Of a stretch of 64,000 bases of DNA, positions 25,070 through 34,900 are shown one piece after another (positions within the stretch are counted from its first letter, which is position 1; every line of letters starts with the position of its first letter). The stretch is from Klebsormidium nitens (Eukaryota > Plantae > Klebsormidiophyceae). The notes under the pieces were generated by a model. It was given only the letters and a program-made list of their open reading frames with translations. It ran no database searches and was not told where the DNA came from. The stretch is from the NCBI GenBank assembly GCA_000708835.1, contig DF237236.1, positions 47,231 to 111,230 on the forward strand. Reading direction: 5' to 3'. The translations under genes were made by a program, and so were the position numbers.

Positions 25070-26234
25070 ATGTTTACCAACCCTAAATGATAGAAACGAG
25101 TCGTAATCGTACACTTTACTTCTCGCTTATACAGCCTTTCCCATAAAAGGACCGGAAAAACAGCTTCCTTGTCGAGTCCTCCTTCTGAGGAGGGTTGGAG
25201 AACGGCTTACTCGAATGAATGAAATCGCTTACAGTTGATCGGCCGACTTATTCAGTTTAGCATCTTCCATGAGAAAGGAAGTAGTCCATCGAGCTTTTGA
25301 ATGGAGTTTGCCCCCTCGATTTTAAAGTTCCAAGAGGAAGCAGCCAAAATCACATCGAGCCGTTAAAGCGTCAAGGAAGTGATCGAGCTTGCTGATCCAA
25401 AATGACAGAAAGAAGAGTCCGACCTCGAGGGTTTTGGACGCATATAATGCTCTTGTACACAAAGCTATGCGCGCAATGAAGTCAAAAGTTTCTGAGGAGG
25501 GTTTCAGTCACTAGCTGCACGCCCCGAGGAACCTGAGTTAACCATTCTTCCGCTTGATATTTTTCATGCAGAAAACCTGCTTTGAGCACGATGTCTTCCT
25601 TCTGGGCTTGAACAGCGGCCACCTGTCCAATTCCATCCCATTAGCAATCTCTTTCAGCATCATCTTCTGCCGCGAGACAATCTTTACGAGAAGACAACAA
25701 TCACCTTTCCCCCTTAGATCTGGCTCAGTATGATTGGGATTGGATCTCGTAAATACGGGTTGGTTCTCGTGCATACAGATGCAAGTTATGTATGATTCTG
25801 CAGCATACGCAAGATTCGACACGAACTCCACACGTATTCGCTGCATCAAATACTGATGCCACATTTAGCAACCAGACGGCAGGTTTACAATCAAATAGAT
25901 GACATGTGTTAGCCTGGTGCAGCCCGTGCTCTCTGAATTGGACGGCAACATTTGGACAGTTCGTAACGCTTATCGTCTCGCAGTATTTCCCTGCTCGTAG
26001 GCGCCAGATGAGATGATTCAGCATACCTAGATTTGTGGCCGCTGCTGACTCTGGCCCCTGGTGGGAAAGGTTCGTTAAAGTAAAAGGAATGGTGGGCGAC
26101 GAAGTTTAAAGCCTGACCTAGATTGAGCAACTCACAAGAAAGATTGAGCGCAGTGATTGCAGGGCACCTCTGCAAGGCGGGCTGTCTGCTCCAACTGAAC
26201 GATAAATCTGAAGCACGCGTTGCAGACACAGCTT

Positions 26235-26870
26235 ACCATCTTAACCGCCCCAACCAGCTGCAAGAGATTCCTTCAGCCAACAATGCCGGGAGCATTCGGA
26301 TTGAGATCTTCGCAGAGTCTTTTTGGACATTGTCTCTTGCCGTTTATATGTGATAGATGATGATCCGTGAGTGCCCGGAACGTGAAAGGCACATATGATA
26401 GTGTGACAATCGAGCTGCAAATTGCCAGAAAGCTGCTTCCAAAGAACAGCCTTCTTCGGGCGCATCTTTCAAGCTTTTCCAAACAGAAGCATGATGGTGC
26501 TTGATGGACGAGGTCTGGTTGCGCAGCTGCAGGGCTAGCAAGAAAAGCGTAGCGTCCCAGCTTTTCTTGATATTCCGGCGTCGGCCCTTGGAGCACGTAC
26601 TTGTTAGTGACCAAGCAAGTTTTCAATGCCAGGTCTGTTTCTACGCAGATACGCAGCCCCCTTGCCAAATCCTTGGGCGAAGGGGACCTGCCCATGGGAT
26701 CACCAGTGCAGCGTGCCGTTGTGGAACTGATGACCGCAAGTGTGACAACTCGTTTCTCTTCGCTGTCTACTCACCTTTGTTTTGCCTGGGCATGCAGTGC
26801 ATGCAGCTTGGCCCTTGACAAAGCTCTCAAGCACGTCCTGATATTCGGATTCATTGAAGAGATCGGACAG
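26235..26870 (-). pseudogene. Possible decayed transposase-like relic with a BED/CGGBP-type zinc-finger remnant
   Basis: Exon-like 26870-26775 (tag|...|gtgagt) joined in phase 0 to an acceptor at 26526 reads ..KGQAACTACPGKTK|LRNQTSSIKHHHASVW. A nearby frame reads ALLAEGISCSWLGRL. Frames break and no DDE core was recognised. Confidence 0.25.
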
Positions 26871-27134
26871 CTATGTAGGAGTCGGGGATGTCAACGTCGA
26901 CAACTTTGCTATGTCAAATCAATCTCGCCCTACGAAGCTTTTGATCCAATTCTCGTCCAGCCCCATTGTGATATCCGAATCCTGACATCTAGAACCAGAT
27001 TGCCAGCTACAATTTTCACCGGCTTTTCTACGCATTTTGACGAGGTGATTCAACTATAACCTATTCCGATTGCATGCCTAGGAGTATTAAGCATTGCAGT
27101 AATATACTTACCCCGTTAAAACTTCAGATCTTAC

Positions 27135-27908
27135 GTACCGTACCGCTCTGCGGCAGGAGCTGCTACCTACTACCTACCTATTAACACACAGCCACTTCTG
27201 ACATCATCCTACGGTGGTACGTACCGGCTAGCTCAGCACCGCATTTCCGCGCCGAGCGGTAGGTACCGGTTTAACGGTATCTTTAATCGGCCTCGGTCTA
27301 ACCAAACTTGAAGTTACTCCCGTTCCGTTCGTTCAACTTCGGCGCCGAGCAAACAGGGCGCCAATGATTGGAACTGCCTCCGAAAAGTTTTGCTTGAATG
27401 AGAAGGTGCCAATTGGCATGCTGTCGTCGCTGCGGCTTGTTCTGAGTTCCATCGACGGCTCAAGGTCCGTGAGAGTCCAATAATTCGAATCGTCCGATTT
27501 CCAGACCACCACGCCAATGATTGTCTTGTTTGTTCCGACTCCCGCCTGTACGGGTACGCATGCGCAATATTGGGACCGGAAGCTCACGGGTGCACACAGT
27601 TCAGTGAATATCCTACAGACCGAGCAGCGGGCGCTGGCCTCTCAAAAGTCACAGGCCCTGAGTACTAGGTACCTGTCTGCGGCGGCACGTACTGACACGA
27701 CGGTACCTAGATGATACCGTACGGATCCTTAGTACCTACAAGATCCTGCGGAATCTGGTACCAAAGGAACCTGCTACATAAAAGCAGTAGGGCTGCAGGT
27801 CTACTTTTGTGACACAGCATTTGTCTGGAACAAACTAGGGACCGTACCGAAAACCAGATCGCCGGTTTGTATCTGATCTTGCGCACCCCCAGCTAGTACT
27901 AGTAGTAC
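27135..27908. other. GTAC/CTAG-rich tract with short inverted repeats, upstream of the TLC gene
   Basis: 17 GTAC counted in about 775 nt. Inverted pairs: gtaccgtaccgctc (27135) / gagcggtaggtac (27254), and ctaggtacc (27665) / ggtacctag (27702). Confidence 0.6.
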
Positions 27909-28410
27909 TGGGCTTGGAAGCATGAATCCAGTATTACGCCAGAGTCGAAAATTACGCCACGTCTGTAGATACTCCAAAAGATCCACTCTAAAAGCCAGAA
28001 GCTGTTTGAGGGCGCAGCTGATGACACCATCTCGATCGTTTTTCTGACATACCTCAGGTATGACTACATCCCTAGCTAGGTAGGAGTCGAGGGCCGGGCC
28101 GGGTTGTTTGGTGTTCTCAGCTGGCAAGTGCTCATGCATGTAATGAGGAGGGCCGCCCATTCGCTGATCTGCACTGCTGAGCAAACCTGCATTCCAAGAA
28201 GAGGTAGCAGATCCACTCGATAAGGGGCGGTTCGAAGAGCAGGAAATTGCAGTTCCGGCAGAGTTAGGGCAGCAGAGTCGCCCCTGTCCTCATTTGATCC
28301 TCTCCACTAGTGGCACTGCTAGCGCTGGCTTGTTGACTCGAACTACCTACTAGAGCATTAGCGTAGCGGAGACTGCACCTTTCTTTCAAGTTGAAGGAGG
28401 CGGAACAACA

Positions 28411-30531
28411 ATGAAGGAAACGTGGTGTTTTCTGCTGGTGTGTCTCTTGAGCATTGCAATGTCAGATGCCCTGACGATTGGGACGGGCCTCATCAACCAC
28501 CATTCAAGGGCGATGTCTGCGAACGGCCTGCAGGAAAGGCAAGTAGTTGCCTATGAAGTGGCTTGTTTTTCACAGTAATTTGGCACGTCGGGGGCATGTC
28601 AAAACACGCAAGCAGCTGGCATGGCCAAGCCAATGGTCGACCTGCAAACTAGTATCTTTTTTCTCTTTCCCGGCTTAACAGCGTGACAGATGTCTGGTGA
28701 GTCCGATACTGAATCATTCAAAGTGGTACAGTTGGGCCACTGGCAGCCAAGTTTGTGTCGCAAACACCTAAAAGCAGGTTGCCAAAATGAGGATGACATG
28801 TTTTCTTACCTTCATCTTGCAGGAGGGCCCCGCTCCGGAGGCTGCTAGCCTTCGATGTGATACCGCTTGACGCTTTACCACGGGCTCCTGAACGAGATTG
28901 TAGTGTGCAAGCTGCCAATGTTGTGGCAGCTCTAGGGGTATCTCAAGACATGGGTGCAAACACAACTGGTTGCACCATCATTGACCACGCGTTTGGAACA
29001 TCATCAGGTCAGAGAAGCAGCAATTGTCTCTGCTTGGAATCAGTGCTGGACGAGTATGAGAAGGCAGCCCCAGGATTGGCTAAGGTCAGTACAAAACAGT
29101 GCGATAATGTATGTTCCATAGGAGTCCTGTGCTTCTTCCTATTGTACTGACCTTGCAGTATGTATTTCGGTAGCTGCCTGCAATGCTGACAAGCCTGGAC
29201 GATCTGCAATATGCGGGGGAAAGAGCACTTTGGAGGTGTGCAATTGAGGTCATGTGAGAACATGGGCAGTCAAGAGTGTCTGCATCTGTAGACATGAAGT
29301 CAAACCTTTGCCTTGTCTGTTCGTAATGCAGGTGCTAACAATATGCAAGTCCGTGTATGGGCTCCAAACAGCGTGGGCTTCTGAAGAGGGTGGCCTTTGC
29401 CCCACTCTTCCAGAGATCAATGACCCCTATTTATGGCAAGGGGTGGCCCCAACTACAGTGGCTTTGCCCCACTCTTCCAGAGATCAATGACCCCTATTTA
29501 TGGCAAGGGGTGGCCCCAACTACAGTGGCTTTCTTCATATTTCATTATCTGGCAGTCTCCATCATAGACTGGTTGTACGCCAGCTTCTCTGCAACGTACA
29601 AAGACTTGCCACTTCGCAAGCAGAGGAACGTGGCGGATTTCACTTACAAGATCATTGCGTTGAGCTTTGCTCTTGTTTGGACGCTGATTTTTTGCTGGGA
29701 CCTGCTCTTGGATGGACACTCGGGAAGCGCCACCAAGTTCTCGGACATGAGGCTTGCGTTGATGGTGACCATTACTTTCTACATGTTTGAGTTGGCTTAC
29801 CGGATCAAGCACGGCGTTCCAGTCATCCTCCACCACCTAGTCACAGTAGCACTGATTCTGACCGTCATCTACACCATATATGACACGCGAGGGACGCTTC
29901 AGAGCGCTATCTTCCTGCGGTTCTCGCTGCTGTGGTTGATGCACGCCCTTATCGAACAAGTTACGGACCTTGGGATGATCCTATATCATCTGCGGAGCAT
30001 CTGGGCTCCACAAGTACTCAAGGTGAGTTGGCGTTTTGTGCCACTACCTGAAGCAGAAAAGCTCACCGTTGCTCGTTGTTCTCTACCATATTTTGCTTTT
30101 GTATGTTTTGGATTGATATAGCACATCCGCTGTGACATGTTTTCGTGGCTGTGATTGCAGCCTTGCCTTTGGAGACGTGAAGCCGCACCTTTGGCAGTTT
30201 GGGTGTCCTGTTCGCACCTCCCCATATGTTGATATTTGGGCACTCGAGCTTCAAATCCTGCTCTGCTAACTGAAGCCACTCCGTGACTACTACTGTGCAG
30301 GTTGCAGCACTCGTCCATGTCATTGTACGATTGGTGGTTCACGCCCTCTCGTGGATCTTGTACGTTCGTCTAGTGAGTCTTCAAGACCAGGACTTCAGCA
30401 ACGTACCTTGGAAGCGCGCCTGGACCGTAATGATCCCTGTTGCAGACATTGCTCTTCTGGTCTTACAAGGACACACCTTGTATACCCTTCTCGCTATAGC
30501 AAAGCGGGCAAGGGCAAATCTTAAGGTTTAG
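28411..30531 (+). CDS. Signal peptide + Cys-rich luminal/extracellular segment + TLC (TRAM/LAG1/CLN8)-like multi-pass membrane protein; exon 3 is frameshifted by a 67-nt tandem duplication as assembled
   Basis: Exons: 28411-28538 (GC donor gcaagt), 28823-29084, 29332-30022, 30301-30531. Without the duplicated 67 nt the CDS is 1245 nt (414 aa). Hydrophobic helices with YMFELAYR..VILHHLVTV and HALIEQVTDLGMILYHL resemble TLC-domain proteins. Confidence 0.7.
29395..29528 (+). repeat. Perfect 67-nt direct tandem duplication inside a coding exon
   Basis: 29395-29461 is identical to 29462-29528 (ctttgccccactcttccagagatcaatgacccctatttatggcaaggggtggccccaactacagtgg). 67 mod 3 = 1. Confidence 0.95.
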
Positions 30532-31958
30532 CTAGCCAACATTCTCTTGTCACCTGATGGGGGTTAGCTAGCTAGACCGCAGGGAAACATTTATATAGTG
30601 ATGAGATAGGTAGATAGGCTTGCTTACAGTGGCCAGCATTGCTGCCGGAGCAAGTAAGCAGGCACGGGTAGCGGCCCAAGTCTTTGAAGATAATCCGGTC
30701 TTCCGGAACAATCGAACAGTCAACGACCTTCTGGCATCACGTATAAACAAAGAAGCCCATATCATGAACTCTAGCGTCTGAAGTCCTGAATCTACACTAT
30801 CCGAGTGCAGGCTCAATACCTATAAAAGCGACGCGCGGGCTCATTTATTTAGCCGCCGCCTCAATTAACAATAAGCTTAGTGTCTAGTGTCTAAGAGATG
30901 ATGTTTTCGAGAACTTTGCACTCTCGGCCAAGTCCAACCATGCCGATCTCAATTGCCTGAGACTTGACTGCTTGCGATACCTACTCTAGACCGGGTCGTC
31001 TTCAGCTGTCATAGTACGTATACTGGATACAGTGATTCGCATCAAGGCAGTTACCGTATTTGGAAGCGCGCGCGCTTAAATCATACCGAAGTCTGCCTGA
31101 TTCTTTTAAATTTACCCCCGGGTCACATAACGGTGTTACAAAATGACAATGTTCATGCAGCCACTTGTCAAATGACGCAAGCCTTTGAGCGGCTGAGCGT
31201 GACCGCGATCCGATCGGCAAGGCTACTGATTTGAAAGATTTCGATCATTGCGTGCAAGTTGAAGGTGCAACTCTGATTTGTACGTCACTCAACAAACATC
31301 ATGGCGATATCACGTACATCGAGGACGTCAATCCTTTCATGCACAGACGATGCGGGCTGCTGGATTCAATTGAGCTGGCATTCATAGTACAGCTTTTTCA
31401 CAATTGACCCGGACTCATAAGCAGTCCACCATGTGCACCGCCGGCGCGTCATTCTCTTCTTAAAAGCGTATCTTACTGTACACATGCAACTTGAAAAACA
31501 GCTGGCGAATGCCGTAAGGGATGTGTTCATAGATATGAGACGCACTAAAACGACTCGTGAGAAAGTATGAGCTAAATCAGAGGCCTCCTGATCACGAGGC
31601 CTGTTTTTGCCCTGCATCGGATTGGCAAAGCAACGTGCGGAATCAATTGATGGCCATGCCGGCGCTTCTGAATGCACTTTTCAACTTTCTGGACCAATCA
31701 CCGAAAAACTGCAACTCTAGCTTGTTGAATCATCTAAACAATGAACAAGGAGCAATCAGAATCTCTGAAGTCCTAAAGCAGCTAGAGATGCGTACATGCC
31801 ACTACAACGGCCTAGCTCTCGCATGCAACTAATCACTCGTCTGAGCCGCCTCGTTAAGCAGGGAAGGTGCAGCATGCCCAACTTGAGTCTCTCTTAATGC
31901 GTAATTTCAACGACAGATTCTGCGAAATTATTCTCAGTCCGTCACCAATTTAAAAACT

Positions 31959-34900
31959 TCACTTCTCGGCTCTGTCGATTTCGAAGTCGGCGGTTTGCAT
32001 GTAAAACTCGGACCGTTGCTTCCCGCCATACGCCTCCGCAAACCAGGCGTAGTTGATGTAAGCCCGCCCATCTTTTATCGCCACCGCGGTTGTCGAGATT
32101 GTTGGGTCCTGCAGAGGACATGTTCGAGTGCGTCAAATCTATATGCTCTTGATCGCTTCCGGACCGAAACGTCGCAGGTCAGCCATCCCTTCAAATACCG
32201 TAGCGACGTGTTGTAGGTCGTCTGCATCTAGGAATCTGTCGGCAGTGTTTCAACGGCACGAGCAGGAGACGCTTACATCGCCGCTTCACTTTTGTCTATC
32301 AAGAGCTCATAAAACGTTCACTGGTATTGTATTGCAAGGCGCTTTGAAACACCTCGACCTTCCCATAACTACAAGTAAAGAACGTCGCATTTCTGATTGT
32401 TCCTGTCGAACTTTTTACTGCAGCAATGCCGCTTCCCATTCTTCGCAACAAACTACTTTCTGAAAGTTCTCCGCAAATCACTTCAATCGGCGGTCCCAAA
32501 GGAGCACATTCGAAGTTGCCAAAGCGTACCTGCGGCACAGTCTCCAGAATCTTAGCCGACCGCCACTCGTCGCTGCTCTCGACCAGGTACACGTTATCGT
32601 TCGTGGTCACCACCAGTCGGCCGTCGGGCCGCAGCCGGATTCCGTCCGCTCCCGGAAACACGCCGTCGATCGCGATATGCGACGGCTCCGAGCCGTCGAG
32701 CGGAACCTGGATAGGTCAAATCTGTGGATTAGGATCGGGTTTGGAAGGACGAACAGGGACTGCGTAAAAACACTTGAAGACGCTTTGTCCGCTCCCCGAA
32801 ACCGCCCTCGATCGCAATATGCGTCGGTCCCGGGCCGTTGAGCGGAAGCGGTTTTAAACAATGGGGTTAGGATTCGATGGAAAGCAAGTTGGACTTCCGT
32901 TCACTCCGGAATCACACCTCGTTGATCGCAACGTGTGTCGGCTCCGCACCGTCACGAGCGGAACCTGCTTACTGGGTCAGGAATTGGGGTTCTTTGAGTT
33001 TTGAGAAAGAGACGGGAAGCAAGAACGCAACTTGTGTGGAGCGATTTCCGTTCGCTCCCAAGAACAATCCCGTCGATTGCACTGTACATCGGGATCGGTC
33101 AGGCGAAACCTGGAAGTGAGGTTTGGCGGTTACAGGAGCTGATATTGTTCACGGCTTAGCAGCATCTTGGCGAGGGATTGCCAGGATAACACACCGTTGA
33201 TCGCGACGTGCCTCGGCTCCGAGCCATCGAGACAGCATTGTGCCGCCACTCGTACTTTGCGGTTGAAGCTTAAGGAGGGGCACTTCGGTATTAGTAAAGG
33301 AGAGACGGACAGGGAGGAAAAATATTTGGCTTCTCAAGCACGCGAAGTTGCGGAGAACGATCGAAAAATGAGAAAAGAGCGCAATTGCCCAGCCTTCTGA
33401 AACGCTGCGACCAACCAAGCAAGTTGGCGGGACTTCATGCACAAGCTGTGTCGTCCGACTTCGAGTTGTTTGTCGAAAGCTTTGACGCGTCCGACGTTGA
33501 CACATGTACATTGCGCTCGAGACGCTAAAGCTTTCGTCTAACGTGGGGGTCTCTTGGTTTTTCATCTTGCTTCCAACGACTGACCGTGGGAGTCACAACG
33601 CAGAGCGGCGAAGAGCAGAAAGAGGATCCACTCGAACGAAGCTAAAGCGGGGAGAGGATGCTGACAGATTCTTGTCGCCCCCACGCCGCAACTTGCACCG
33701 GACTACTGGTACAGATTGACCTGACAAACTCCACAGCTAGGGACAATTGAGCGACATTCTCCGTACCGTTTCTGGTTACTGAAAACCAGGTCCTGGGCGC
33801 AGCTTAGAAAGAATTGAGAAGTAGAGCGGGGGGGACCCAGCGCGGGGGCCCTGGCCCGGGGCGCACGTTAAAGGCAATCTCAGCTTTAATACGGCGGTAA
33901 GAGCCAATTTCCAAATACTTTGGCCACCAAGGGTTCGACTCCGTGGGGCACTGCCAACGCGACCTCGATCAGAACTTGAAGACCCCGACCCTTCGCAGCA
34001 GTTTCTTACCTTGAACCCGACCCCTTGGCGCAGGTTGAACGTGATGATGTAGCCGTTTTCGTGAACGACCAGTCCGTTGAGTCCCAGGGGAAACATCTCG
34101 AACACCGTTGGGAAGGACTCGAAGAGGGGACTCGCGGCGAAGACGACCGGGTCGCTCCCGTCTGCACGGAGTTGCGTCGCATGCAGGAACGGATTAGCGA
34201 AGACTGTCAGCTTGACACCAACATAACATGTCGTCATCCTAGGGAATTCTGGTGGTGATTTCTATCCCTGAAGCGCTGCCGAAGTGGGGGAAAGAAGTAC
34301 GGCCCGTCAAAAGAGCGGGAAAAAGACTCTTTGCGGCTGGCAGGAAGAAGAGGAGCTCATAGTAACAAGAAGCTGACGCCCTTTCAAACGTACAACTTTG
34401 CTCGACTTAAAAAAGCCATGTATTTGTCCGGCTTGAAAGGAGCAACTGAGCTTGAACCAGTCACATCGGAGGAGCTCAGCAACCCGAAAGTCCTGCAATG
34501 AGATCTGAATCACTTCAGCCCGACAATCTTATAAACAACAGAAGGTCGCAAAAGCACGAAGTTACTAAACGGCAAACAACAAGTTTGAACGTGACCAAGA
34601 AACCCACAACAATAGCGGATGACCAATCAAGCATGCCAATGGAAAGCATGAGAAGCACTCGCCTGCCTTGCACTTCCAGATGAGACTCCGGTGCGTGTCA
34701 GTCGTGTAGATCTCCCCCGTTTTCGGGTCCACTGCAGAGTCGTTGGCGAAGACCGGCATCTCCCGGGGCGGGTTCGAACAGGGGACGTCGTTCAATGGCG
34801 TCAGGAACAGCCTCTCACCACTGAGGAAAGCACCAGCAGAAAAGTGAGTAGCAGCTTTGACAGAGTCTTGGAAACATCTACGCTTCGAACTTTCTCTGGG

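Noticed and set aside
32780-33240. Repeat-spacer-like array as a CRISPR candidate (also 51190-51870)
   Set aside because: Units are degenerate, irregularly spaced copies of the host gene's own exon junction; there are no cas genes and the context is eukaryotic introns.
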